The position numbers and the translations under genes were made by a program. The notes below the pieces were generated by a model that did not search any database, was not told the origin of the DNA, and saw nothing but the letters and a program-made list of their open reading frames with translations. Positions 19,336-31,299 of a stretch of 64,000 nt of DNA are shown piece by piece. Source of the stretch: Selaginella moellendorffii (Eukaryota; Plantae; Lycopodiophyta); NCBI RefSeq assembly GCF_000143415.4, contig NW_003314285.1:833370-897369 (forward strand), written 5' to 3'. Positions within the stretch are counted from its first letter, which is position 1, and each line of letters begins with the position of its first letter.

Positions 19336-20054
19336 AGGCTTGTGTCTGATGATGCTCAAGGCTATGGCTTGCGCGAGCGGATTGTCCCTCCCATCCCTCG
19401 TTCTTGCGGGATTGGAGCTAGGGTTATTGTCTCGCCGCTAGGGCCTGCTAAGGGCGACAACGATCTCCAGCGCGGCCGGCGCGCCACAGCTGGCTCGATT
19501 CTTCGCGTCTTGTTCTCTCCGGCGGCTGGCTTGTGAGCTCGAAGCTCCTCTTCGTGATTCCAGGGCCGTGATACGGTAGGTCTGTGGAAATCTCATGGAT
19601 GGAGAGGGCTTAGAGTACAGTGGGCTGCTGGAATGGAATTCCAGTCGAGTGTGAATGATCTCGCGGCCCAGGAGGATGAGTGGGAATGCTTGCCGGTTTA
19701 AAGCCGCATTATGGTGAGCTCCATAGATAGATGATAGATCTCGTCCGGCAAGGTGAGCGGGATTTCGTGGTACATCCACACAGCTGGTCGCTATTTAAGA
19801 AATTTGGCCTGGGCTCCTCCTGGATTGCCACTGCTGCCATCAATTCCGCTTTTGAGAGTCAAGCGATTTCTCCAAGTCCAGGTTAGCGGCTTCATTTATT
19901 TCTTCCCTTCCAGTTTTTTGTTTCTTCCTCTTCCTCGTTTTTCTTTTTTCTTTTTACTGAAGCTAACGAACAGTGGTCGCTGACGATGCTCCAGGCACCC
20001 AAGGGTGATGCACACATATTTTGTACCATTCGGCTGACTTGAAGTGGCGATGAG

Positions 20055-21760
20055 ATGAGTTTAGTGGTTATGGAGGAGCAAAGTCAACCTGTCTTTCGGG
20101 ATTTTTTGGGCTCGTCCGCGGCCCCCAATCCAGAGACAAAGCAGCCGGAGCTGTCGGCGACGGACTCGGTCAGGGTTTCGCAAAACAGTGGCTTCATGGA
20201 GCAAGAGGATGGAGAGGCGTCTGTAAGAGGGGGATCCACATTCTCGGCGCCATGTCCATCGTCGGCCCCAGGTCCCAGCTTCCCGGCCTCATCCGACCCA
20301 GGAACGGGTAAAGTTTTTTTCCGTCACGGCTATGGAGCTATGAAGCTGACAGTCTCTTGTCTTTTCACAGAGCTCTGGCGCCATGGCAAAGCTCCTGCTG
20401 GGATGCCATTTAGTCATGCCATCAAGGCTGCTAATTGCGTGAATGATGACGTTACGAGGAAACGGGAGGAGCTTGCAAACAGGGCTGCTTTCAGGGAGAA
20501 TGATATGATGGAGGGCTCGCGTCCTAGCAAGGTATGGTTGCTCCACTCTCGCTTACAGAAATTTCTCATCCTCGCATTTCTTTTCTTGTTTCAAGGCTTC
20601 CCGGTTTAAGCAAAGAGAAAACGAGGCCCTTCCAAGTACAGGTGATTTCGGCCTCACGATGCAGCCTCCTCGAACCTCGCAAGCTGGAGGTAACTTGTGG
20701 CTCCAAACCTCGGTTTTTAATCCGTCCACGGGTACGTCGAAGCGGATAGAATCTTCCAGGCCGACTTCGGGCGTGCCTATGCTAGCTCGTCCTATGCAAG
20801 CCACCTCGGGTGCTACCGCAGGTGCTACTGCTGGCGGGGTGTTTTCGCGCAACCCTGCGAGTAGCATTCTGCCTCCTCCAGCGGACGAGGGATCTAGAAC
20901 AGGTTTGCAAGGTGGCGGCATCGCGGCACTCATCAACAGCGCTAATGCCAAGCTGCCGTCGGCAAGACCGCTCGCTGAGCCTCCGGCGCTTGAGCGCACT
21001 GCTAGTCTGGACAGACCGAAGCCTCCTCTGCAAAATGGAGGCTCAGATTCTTTACTGCCCTCGTAAGCTAACTCTACATCTTCGAGTCACTGCGAAACAA
21101 AGCTAATGTTTTTCCTTGCCGCAGACACAAGACTTCGACAACGTCAGCTACTCGGCAGCTGACAATATTCTACGGGGGACATGCTCATGTGTTTGACGAT
21201 GTATCTCCGGAAAAGGTGAGAAGAAACTCCCAAGTCAAAATTTATTTATTTTTATTTTTCCTTTCTCATGCTTTGGCTTTGATCGTGGCATTCCAGGCAG
21301 ACGCGATCATGCAAATGGCTGGCTCCAACGGGAGATCGTGGTCCACGACGTATGCTCATCGATCCTCGCGGTCCGAGGGCTCTCTGGCCGACCTCCGACG
21401 AGAGAAAGCCGCGATTGGCGCGACCTCACTGACGGTTCCATCGGAGAACCAAAACGCTCCTTCGAATCTCCAGCGCAAGCACAGGATTCCCCCCGACCAC
21501 CACACTGTCAAAGTCGGGATTCCTGGAGACGTGCCAGTTCCTTCAGGTACTTCCAAAGAGCTCCAAAGTTGTTCTAAAGCTTTCTTTTCCTTAACTTCGC
21601 AGGCATTCCAATTGGAGATGGAAATCGATTCGCAATGGCCAACGGCCGAGCCCCTGCTGGACTTCACGGCTCCTTCTACAACATGAAAGAGGTAAAAAAA
21701 ACCTCTTTTTTGGTGGATTTATGCTGAAAGATTGGATTTCTTTGCATTGCAGGCCGCTAG
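20055..21760 (+). CDS. TIFY8: TIFY8-like protein (TIFY/ZIM domain, no Jas motif seen), multi-exon
   Basis: N-terminal PVFRDFLG and TIFY domain QLTIFYGGHAHVFDDVSPEK/ADAIMQMAGSNGRSWSTTY. The 3' end is tentative. Confidence 0.85.
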
Positions 21761-21917
21761 CAATGGCCAGCACTGGCTTTAGACAGGTTTGGCACTAGGT
21801 AGTGTAAATTATGACAACATCGAGCTTTTACAATTTTCTCGCCTTCCATTGGCCACGTGGCACTCTGACGTGGAGCTGGTGTGTGCTAGGGCTTTCGCAA
21901 TTTCTAGGGTTTGTGCG

Positions 21918-22271
21918 ATGGCTGAGGCGCGCTCGGTAATGCGGGCGCTGCTGCGCGCCCGGAAGGTCGCATTCAAGGACGACAAGCCGATGATCGACGC
22001 GGCCGCGAAGCACGTACGATCGATCTTCGAGGAGCGGCGGCGGGTGAGCGATCCGGTGGAGCTTGAGAAGAATCTCCAGGAGGGGCGGGAGGCGGCGCAA
22101 TACCTGGTGGAGAATGTAATCCAAGCCAAGAGGAATTCGCAAGGCCACTACGGTAAGCAGATTTTCTAGTCCCTCTTGTGATTATTGAACCATAGCATGG
22201 TATGGTTTTCTCTAGCAATGGGCTTAAAGAAGGAACACATGGGAATGGAATTTGAGGGAGCGTCTCGATGA
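21918..22271 (+). CDS. mitochondrial LYR-motif protein (LYRM7/MZM1-like), 2 exons
   Basis: MAEARSVMRALLRARKVAFKDD...VRSIFEE...EAAQYLVENVIQAKRNSQGHY/AMGLKKEH. Confidence 0.8.
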
Positions 22272-22781
22272 GCTTGTTGGTATAGATTCTCTTCTTTTTG
22301 CTTCTTTCCTACTGATTGCTGGAATCCTGGATGCTTTCAATAACCTTATCACATTTTTGTCAAATTTTTTTCGAGATATGCAATACTTTTTGGTCTTCAA
22401 AGCTGAAAACCTTTATACCTTCTTCGTTCTTATTTGACAAATGCAAATAAACGTTTATATTCATTGTAAACCATCCCAGAACCCTAAACCTGCCTGGTTA
22501 CACAAGATACATTCTTTTCTCTGTCTGTCTCTCTTTTGATGTTAGGCAACCTCAAGGCATTAAGGACAGGTTTGTAACCTCATGAGCCAGCCATCGCTTT
22601 TCCGATGGAGCAATGGACTTGAGAGGCCTCAGAGGGAGTGGAGAGTATAGAGTGTCTATCAATTAATCATCCAGAATGCCGATCCAAGGTAGTAGTGCAT
22701 GTCAAACTCTGGTGATTTCTTGGCTATATATTCACGTGCTTTGTAAAATTTGAATTGAATATGAAGTTTATGAACCTTTCG

Positions 22782-24465
22782 TTATGTAGCTTGCAGCTTT
22801 ATTCTCTTGTAGCCTTCTCTTTGCTTGGAAAGCATCATATCAGCGGATATGTTGTTGGCCAGCGTGCATACCTTTCGAGGTCTTGGCACAGTTCTTGGTA
22901 GTGTGAGCTCGTGTCCGGGCAAGCTGGATTCCAGCGTCATCCGCTGCGCTTCTGGTGGTGGCACCGGCTTGAACTTGAGCAGCTTCCCATACTCTCGGAG
23001 AAGATGAAGCATGTACTGGTACACGAAGTCCATGCTGAGCTCTTTGTCGAGAAATGACTTTGCACATTCCCCAATTGCAGCGGCCTGGAGCACGAGAGGG
23101 TTTACGGAGTAAGGCGAGATCCAAAGTCTTACCTCCTTTGGGTGAGCATTTCCCCAATCGACAGCAAACTTAGTCGAGTTGCAAATGTTGTCTCGATCCA
23201 CAGGCCAAAAATGAACGAAAGGAATCAGTGACCGGGCGAAGAACTCCTGAAACATCGGCTCGATTTGTAGGACTGTTGAACCGCATGCCAATATGTACTT
23301 GAAACTGACAGACCATCCTCCTCCTTGGACATAAATCTTATACCTGAAACAGAGTCACCCTCAGCAAGCAATCAACCAAATGAAACACCTGTGTTGGCAC
23401 TGTTTTGACAAGTCTGAATTGTTAAAATTGTGTTCTCTTTCAGCAAACCAGTCCTGCACAGGTCTTTATAACATTTTCAAGCCTTTTGACAGAATTCACT
23501 CACCTGGTGGTATGTTACAAGGTTGTAGTTGTGCGTGTTGTTGGCGGTGCATTTGACCAAGTCCGCTCTAGCCGGACCCATGTCGTAGTTCCCCTTCCAG
23601 AATGCTATCGGTTGCCTGTGTGACCAATCTAGTTTCTCGGCTCCAGAAAAGATTTTTCCCTTTTCTAAACTCCAGGGAAGGATATTAACTTCTGGCCTGT
23701 ACACCAGAGTGCATGCTCAGTTCCGAAACGACCAAAAACACTCAGACTCACCATCCCCAATAGGACCAATCTGGAAACACAATGTCGTAGTGGTCACGTC
23801 TGCTGGTGCAATAAAGGAACAGTGGCGGAGGAGGCCAGGATCCATTCTTCTCAGGCTGGTGCTCCGCTCTGAACACGAGTGGCCAATCTCCGCAGTTGAA
23901 CATCAGGTCAACGTCAGGAACCATCCCTGGATACTCTTTCAGCAGCATTAGCAAGCCCCACAGCGTGAAATCATCCCGGGTCTCGAAGCACTTATTGTAG
24001 CGCTCCATGTAGAGAGTCCCGTTGACTATTACTACACGGAAATCTGCTTTGGATCGAGCATCTTGGAGGTTTTGTTGGGAAATCCCTGTTTCTTTCCAAG
24101 GTGCGAGATCATTCTCAATCCAGGCGAAGTACGAAGGACATTGATTTTCCGAATTTGGGGATAGACACCTCTGGAGCTCCCGCAGATCGCTCTTCTGCAG
24201 CCTGAAGAAAGAGCCTGGAGAATCTGAAGCAGAAGCAGACTCCTGACTGCTCAAGGCCCAGGTCCAATCCCAATTCCAGTTCCAGTTCACAGCCTTCAAT
24301 TCAAACTCCAAGCAGCCAATTAACACGAATTTCTCTTGAGAAGCTCACCTGAAGATGCTCTGTAACGAAGGCGAATAAGATCAGCGTAACAATGATAACA
24401 ATCCCGGGCTTGCGGAGCTTGCTGAGAGTCCTCCAAAGAGGCGTAATCGCAGTGAACTCCACCAT
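22782..24465 (-). CDS. glycosyltransferase family 90 (DUF821/CAP10, Rumi-like), multi-exon
   Basis: N-terminal TM helix, CPSYFAWIENDLAPWKETGIS, VPDVDLMFNCGDWP, DIVFPDWSYWGW, and YKIYVQGGGWSVSFKYILACGS. Confidence 0.9.
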
Positions 24466-26217
24466 AACTACAGGTTCGGAGCGAGACTGCTGCCAAAACA
24501 CTCATAAGAAAATCGAGTGGGACTGAGTTTGGTTGACTTCCAAGCACGAAAAGATTAAGTTTACATTTCCATGCATGCCAGAAATTACGGCATGAATGAG
24601 TTCAACATCAGCCATTACTGTTTGTTAGGGTATAAAACCACTTGGGATCATTGTCGACCTGCCTCCTACACTCCCTCCACTTTCTTGTGCTTGAGCCGCC
24701 CGAATCTCCTCCGTTCTACGCAGGTAATCAGACCTTTCAGCTGGCGTAAACTGCTGCATTTCCTGGGCATTCCGAGAGAGCGATCGAGCTGTTCGAGCAC
24801 ATATTCGATCTCCCACTTGATCAGTAACGACCTGGAAGGAGGGAGGAGTATCTTACAGCAGGATCTTGTTTCTTGGACTGCGATGCCCTATGAAGCAGCA
24901 CAGAGATGTGGGTACCCAGAAAACACCAAATCGATCTTTGACAGGAGAAGGAACAGGTCAAGAGTTTTCCTGGACTGCTGTGCGGGTGCGCAGATTGTGA
25001 AGACCATGGTCAGCACCTTGAAACACCTTTCAGGTGACCTTTTCTCCATTTATCAAAGGATTCTCATGTAACATTATAGACATAGACCTGTTTATTTATG
25101 TAAGGGAAGTCTTTGCTTGAAGCAGTACTTCTGTAGATTCACCTAGTATGTCTGGCAGTAGAAATGTATGTGTAAGGTGAATTGGGCATCATAGTTCTTG
25201 ACAAGGTGGAAGTTGTTACAGCCCGGATTGAGTGTTTCTTCAGGCCCAGCTGATATCTTGTGTCTGGAACTCTGTGTAGGCAGGGGAACGCACTGTGTAG
25301 TGTCGAGTTGATTGCACTGGATTCACTTCTTCATAGTAGAGGTAGTACTTCGTTAAGTGCTTGTCAATAGATTCAAGTGTCTGTTCCACCTCCCATGCAG
25401 TGTAATAAGAGAATACAAAATGAATTAGAAATGATTTTCAAGTGGTCATAGATACTTTCATGGATCATTATGTTGTCATCATCATTAAGCATATCAAGAC
25501 TCAAATATTGAAATACACAAAATAAACTTGCTTCTGTCTTCTTCACACATCTCTAGCACTTGTTCCCAGCAGCTGTGGAAGGGGACTCATGCCAAGATGT
25601 GCCAGTTTGGACTGGAGAGAGACTTTGCCTACTCGATGTCTATAAAAAAAATTAAGAACTTAGAAGTAGAGAAGGCAAGTTGATTCTTCTAAACATTGGA
25701 GCCACTGGAGCTCACAACAACCCAAGAGGCACACACACACATAGACGAGGCGCAAGAAGGAATAAATGGGAGGAGAAAAACTATCAAAAGGAAGTAACTT
25801 TCCACTGAAAGATCCCATGTAAAGTGAGTTAACGCAAAGATTTCTTCTGTTTGCAACACAAACTAGTAGTAAATTGCAGCCAAGTTCCTTCCTCACTATC
25901 TTCTCTCTTTTGTTTCTAGTTTCTTGCACCAATTTGTGGTTTTAAAACCATTCTCGCACCAACTAGTGATTTTGAAACCCTTTGATCTTCCTAGATGGAT
26001 TAGAGTGATAGTTCGTTCTTTGAAATTGTTCTTTGAAATCGAGAGGCTGTGTTTTGGGCCATATCTGTCCAGCACGGCGTTCGTACCAGTCCTCTTGAAT
26101 CGTGATCCCTTTGACATCTCGATCCTGTGCTAGATGGATACGTTGGAGCTACTTACATTTGGCAATTTATGTACAATCTGGCTATTTACAAATCAGACGT
26201 TTTCTCGTCTTCTTTCC

Positions 26218-27069
26218 TCACGGGTCTGCTTGCCAGCCCAGGGTGTCGTCTTCGCTCGACGTGTAGCTGTCGTCACTGATCTCCCCGTCACTGCTCTCTT
26301 CCACAGCGGTTTGCGCATCTTTGGGCTTGGCATATCTCTCGCAGTACTCTATAATCCAAAACACACCACAGAACTTCAAAGCTAAACTAGAGGATTTCTT
26401 ACCTTTCACCTTTTGCTCGTACCTTTCTTTGTCCCTCATCATCAGAGACCCGGCCTCGCCATTCAAAGGGTCACTTGGATTTGGATACAGCAGCAGCTGC
26501 GGAAGGAATGACTCGAAAACATTGACGAGGTCTGCCAAAACCAATACAAGCTTAGAACCCAAAAGAAGAACAAAGACTGAAGAAACAAAATCTTTACCAA
26601 ACATGGGGCTCCAAGTGTGATTGATCACATCCAGGCAAACAGATCCCGAGCTGAAAAGCACCGTCAGTCGCAGAGCCAATGGGTCAAGAACGAAAATTTA
26701 CGACTCGTCGACATTCGGATGGAAGATCTTGTTCACGAATCCAATGGAGGGCGATTTGTAGGGATAAGAGTCGGGAAGCTCAACGCGGACCTTCCACACT
26801 CCACTCTCATAAGGACCTGGCAATAGAATCCATCGCAAATCAAGCCAGAAACTGGAATGATCTATCCCAAATCGAATGAGGAGAGTTTTTACTATCTGCT
26901 GGCCCCTGAAAATCCACAATGAACTCGTTCATGCCATCGTTGAGCATTTCCACCTTGTAATCGCTCATCATGCTGCCATAGCGCGATCGATTAGAGAATG
27001 GAAGCTTCGATGACAACAAACTCACAGCTTCATCACATCCATCTCCCGGCGCCGGCTTGGAGACGACAT
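26218..27069 (-). CDS. ubiquitin-conjugating enzyme E2, UBC4/5/6 (UBE2H/Ubc8) class, multi-exon
   Basis: [22 protein letters not shown]..., [17 protein letters not shown] (catalytic Cys), [12 protein letters not shown], and an acidic tail. Confidence 0.95.
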
Positions 27070-27177
27070 TGTCCAAAAACCCTAAATGAATGAGCAACCC
27101 CAAACGTGTTCTATACATATAATAACGTAGAATATTCTAGTGGATTTGGGGCATTTGGGGCATTTGGGATGGGATGA

Positions 27178-29877
27178 ATGCTTGCCAAGAGAGAAAGAAG
27201 GGAGGTCTACAACCAATGCATCCAGCGTCTCCAGGAATGCGCCAATGCGCGGGCGCTGGGCGATGGCAAGCGCGCTCACGAGCTCATCCAGCAATCGGGC
27301 TGGATCCACGACAGGCTGCTGGGAAATCTCCTCATCCGGATGTATGGCATCTGCGGCTGCCTGACGGACGCCATCGCCGCCTTCGATGCGATCCGGGAGC
27401 GCAACGTCTACTCCTGGAATCTCATCGTTGCGGCGAATGCCCAGAACGGGCAGCTCCATCACGCGGCGGCGCTCTTCGATCGCATGCCACAGCGGGATTT
27501 GTTCGCGTGGAACGCGATGATAGGGATTTTCTGCCAGGCCTCGCATCTGGAGGAGGCCAAGAGCGTCTTTGATCGGATGCCGGAGAGGGAGGCGCTGTCA
27601 TGGAACTCGATTCTTGCGGCCTTCTCTCAAAACAGCCATGCTCACCACGCTCTCGAAATATTTCGCAGGATGCCGGCTCGCGATCTCTCCTCCTGGAATT
27701 CGATGATACAGATCCACGCGCAGCTGGATCAGACCGACGCCCTGCCGGGATTGTTCGACGCAATGCCAGAACGAGACGTGATTTCCTGGACGACGATCGT
27801 CGCGGCATTCGCAAGAAAGGGGCAAATGGAGAGGGCGGGGGAGATCTTCCGCCTGATGCCACAGACCAACACTCGAGGCTGGAATGTGATCCTCGTCGGC
27901 TCCTCCCGCGGTGCCAGATCCATCTTCGACACCATGCCGGAGAGAGATCTCGTCTCGTGGAACGAATTCATTGCCGCCAGTGCCAAGATCGGCGATCTTG
28001 ACGCCGCCTCGACGATCTTCCAGCTGATGCCGCGACGCGACGTGATTTCCTGGACGACGATGCTCCACGGCGTGATGAGCTATGGGCGCCTGGAGCACGC
28101 CAAAAGACTCTTCGACGAGATTCCGGCGCGGAATGTGGTGACGTGGACGGTGGCGATTACATCCTACGGCGACGGTGGCGATGTGGATTCCGCGCGGGAA
28201 GCCTTCGCGCGAATGCCCCAGCACAATCTCTTCACCTGGAACGCGATGATGAGCGCTCTCTCCGATCAAGGTAACGCGATCCATCTCCAGGATGCCAGGG
28301 AGATCTTTGATGCTCTGCCTTACAGGGACGCGATCTCTTGGAACACTCTCATCTCCGGCTATGCCCAGCAGGGGCAAATCCGTGATGCGTTTGATCTCTT
28401 CGCCCATATGCCCGGCCGCGATAATGTCTCCTGGAACGCAATCCTCCTGGCCTACACCGAGGAATCGCTGCTCCAAAACGCGATCGCGCTCTTCGATCGA
28501 ATGCCCTGCCGGGATCTCATCGCGTGGAACACGATGATCCGGGCGTATGCCCTGGACGGGCATATCGACGAGGCACGGCAGGCGTTTGACGGCGCGGATG
28601 AGAAGGACGGGGTGGCGTGGACGGCCATGATCCGCGGGTACAACCACAATGGCTGCTCCGGCGAGGCCATTCGTCTCTTCATGGCGATGGATCTGGAAGG
28701 GATCAAGCCTTCCGGCGGGCTGTGCTTTGTGGCGGCGCTCAATTCGTGCTCGGCACCGCGGTTTCTCGAGCAGGGCAGGCGATTGTGTGAGAGGATCCTG
28801 GCGCTGGGGCTCGAGAGCGATCAGCTGGTAGCGGCGGGGCTGATCTCCATGCTGGGCAAATGCGGGGATCTCCAGAAGGCCGCGCGATTCTACCGCGAGG
28901 AGCTCTCGGAGGATCGGCGAATTGCCGTGGCGGGAGCGATGATCTCGGCCCTCGCAGCGAATTCCCAGGTGGGCGCTGCACGGGAGCTCTTCGATCGCCT
29001 CCCAGAGCCCACGAAGGACTGGAATGCGATGATCCAGGCTCACGTCGCGGCCGGGGAGATCGACAGAGCGGAGGAGCTCTTCCAGGAGATCCCAGCTCCA
29101 GACATCGTGGCCTGGTCGACGATGATCGCTGGCTACGCGCGATCCGGGCGAGGCGAGGAGGCGCTGCAGAGATTCCGGTCCATGGATCTGGAAGGCGTGC
29201 GCGCCGACGCCAGATCGTTCGTGGCGGCGGTGGAGGCGAGCGCGATCACTGCCGATTCATCGCGGCTGGAGACGATCCACGCGCTGGCGGTGGAATGCGG
29301 CCTGGATTCACACACGATCGTGGGTACCAGCATCGTGGACGCGCTGTGCAAGCGCGGCAGCCTCGCCCACGCCTGGATCGCCTTCGCCAAGATCTCCAGC
29401 CGGCCCAGGATCCCATGGAGCGCCATGGTCGGGGGTCTCGCACGGAACGGATATTCCCGCGAGTCTGTGGCGCTGTTCCGGGAGATGCTCGCGTACGGCG
29501 CCGCCCCCGACGCCGTCACCTTCGTGTCCGTGCTGGCGGCGTGCAGCCACGGTGGGATGCTGCGCGATGGCGTCGGCTACTTCGTGGCGATGCCGTTGGA
29601 TTTTGGAGTGTCGCCCACCGTGGATCACTACCGGTGTGTGGTTGATTTGCTTGGACGAGCCGGGCTGCTGGGAGAGGCCGAGGAGTTTTTGGAGGAGGCT
29701 ATGCCGGTCTTGGGGAGGGAGGATAGCGTGGCGTGGACGTCGCTGCTGGGATCGTGTTGGAGCCATGGAGAAGTGGAGCGTGGGAAGCGACTGGGAGAGT
29801 TGGCGGTGGGGTTTAATTGGGAGGAGCAATCCTCGTCCCCCTTTGTGCTGCTCTCCCACTTATCATGCTCGGACTAG
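27178..29877 (+). CDS. PLS-class PPR protein with E domain, no DYW (intronless, 899 aa)
   Basis: Many S/SS repeats (FDRMPERDVISW), then VLAACSHGG...HYRCVVDLLGRAG...AWTSLLGSC, ending at SSPFVLLSHLSCSD*. Confidence 0.93.
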   Translation: MLAKRERREVYNQCIQRLQECANARALGDGKRAHELIQQSGWIHDRLLGNLLIRMYGICGCLTDAIAAFDAIRERNVYSWNLIVAANAQNGQLHHAAALFDRMPQRDLFAWNAMIGIFCQASHLEEAKSVFDRMPEREALSWNSILAAFSQNSHAHHALEIFRRMPARDLSSWNSMIQIHAQLDQTDALPGLFDAMPERDVISWTTIVAAFARKGQMERAGEIFRLMPQTNTRGWNVILVGSSRGARSIFDTMPERDLVSWNEFIAASAKIGDLDAASTIFQLMPRRDVISWTTMLHGVMSYGRLEHAKRLFDEIPARNVVTWTVAITSYGDGGDVDSAREAFARMPQHNLFTWNAMMSALSDQGNAIHLQDAREIFDALPYRDAISWNTLISGYAQQGQIRDAFDLFAHMPGRDNVSWNAILLAYTEESLLQNAIALFDRMPCRDLIAWNTMIRAYALDGHIDEARQAFDGADEKDGVAWTAMIRGYNHNGCSGEAIRLFMAMDLEGIKPSGGLCFVAALNSCSAPRFLEQGRRLCERILALGLESDQLVAAGLISMLGKCGDLQKAARFYREELSEDRRIAVAGAMISALAANSQVGAARELFDRLPEPTKDWNAMIQAHVAAGEIDRAEELFQEIPAPDIVAWSTMIAGYARSGRGEEALQRFRSMDLEGVRADARSFVAAVEASAITADSSRLETIHALAVECGLDSHTIVGTSIVDALCKRGSLAHAWIAFAKISSRPRIPWSAMVGGLARNGYSRESVALFREMLAYGAAPDAVTFVSVLAACSHGGMLRDGVGYFVAMPLDFGVSPTVDHYRCVVDLLGRAGLLGEAEEFLEEAMPVLGREDSVAWTSLLGSCWSHGEVERGKRLGELAVGFNWEEQSSSPFVLLSHLSCSD

Positions 29878-30109
29878 GCAGAATCGGCTTCCTTCTATTA
29901 TTTTTGTTAGATTCTAGACATCCATCTTTTGTGAGGTTGAAACACGCATAACAAGCACACCAACAGGAAGAGGATTAATTAACAAGACATTAATGCTATA
30001 ACAAGACATGTGGTAGTGTTGCAACTTCCATACTAAAATGCGATGATAAAGTGGAGATTCTTCGTGGTCAGTTCTTGTGTATTTATCTCCATGCTCTACT
30101 ATAAAAAGT

Positions 30110-30835
30110 TGAAAACTGATCACAGGAAAAGAATAAAATATGTCAACGATTAATCAGCCACCCTTACAAAAACGATGCCGCCAAAAAGAAACGCTTTCAC
30201 TACTTGGCGATCACATCCTCGATCAAATCGGCAGCGTCTTGCACGGTGACAATCTTCTCGGTTCCTTCCTCGCCCAGGCTGATCTTGAAGTTCTCCTCGA
30301 GTTGCATCATCACCTCAACCTTTGGAGACGAATCAAAGCATGAGTCGGCTCCAAGATCAGTTGGAGTGACGCTGGACTGATCGATCGAGAGCTGGGTGGC
30401 GATGATCTTCTGGACTGAAGCAAGAGTCTCTGGCTTTGCCTGTGGAAAAAGAAGATCAAAGACTCGCAATCCCCTAGAGAAAATCCGAGCACTAGAAGAA
30501 AGGTGTATAGAAGCATATCACGAGCAACCTCGCTTGCTAGTGCTGCTTGTCAAGACAATGGCGCTGGGCCTGAATCCGACCACCGGGGAAGCTCTCGCAA
30601 GGGATCCGACGCTTGCAGCAGGCACCATGGAGCACGATCCAGCGGGCCGTACCAAAAGCAGATCTTAGGGCTACCTCGCTCGATCGATCGGGGTCACAAT
30701 GCGAGACGAGATTACTCCGAAATGCTCGCAAATAGGAACTGGGGGAGAGAGCCTCAAAGACTGGCTAGGAGCTCAGATTATATGGAGGGACAAAGCCCTT
30801 GACGGAGCATCCAAAGAGGTTCGTTTATCCAACAT
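30110..30835 (-). pseudogene. decayed duplicate of the plastid acyl carrier protein gene at 41422-41948
   Basis: Same exon, intron and flank sequence as the intact copy. The start-codon region is deleted, there is an early TGA in the transit-peptide exon, and deletions remove about 4 codons of AAKFA plus LDT and the intron-2 donor (DLGADS-CFDSSPK). Confidence 0.88.
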
Positions 30836-31105
30836 GGAGTGCAAATCTTCGAAGACTGGAGAGCTAGACTTGGAGCTCTGCTGAGAATTACTCATGGACA
30901 AGTGAATGTTTAAGTAAAAACTGTATTTATTCCTTTTGAGGTGGACAAATTGATTTTTTCAACACAAAAAACAATAGCTTTATCAAGTTGGACTTATTTT
31001 TTCTCTTACTTGGTCAGAATGCATTCAATATAATGCAATGGTGAATTTTTAATTGATGAAATTCTAATTCTCCACTCTCTTGCATTACATAAATTTATTT
31101 CATGT

Positions 31106-31281
31106 TGTGAGTGTTTGGAATATGGAAAGGGAATACAGAAAATGTGCATATTAATTAGCCCAAAAACCCTAACTTATATACAGGAGCGAGTGGTCCAGAT
31201 TGAAACCAATCCGATGGCTACCAAAATCCCACTACGCTAATATTAATATACGGCATCGTAACCGTACACTTGGCCCTCACA
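31106..31281 (-). repeat. 3' LTR of the gypsy element
   Basis: Direct repeat of 39855-40030, with about 18 mismatches in 176 nt by hand count. Confidence 0.93.
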
Positions 31282-31299
31282 TCATCCCCGGAATAATGG

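Noticed and set aside
18854-19779. ORFs of 195 and 113 aa upstream of TIFY8
   Set aside because: No recognisable motifs. The region looks like promoter and 5' UTR with cis-elements.
16259-24465. Possible metabolic or signalling gene cluster (ASA, TIFY, GT90 and neighbours)
   Set aside because: The neighbours are functionally unrelated conserved genes, and adjacency is explained by genome compactness.
25605-25625. tttggactggagagagact, loosely like miR159/319
   Set aside because: Several mismatches and no complementary arm seen.
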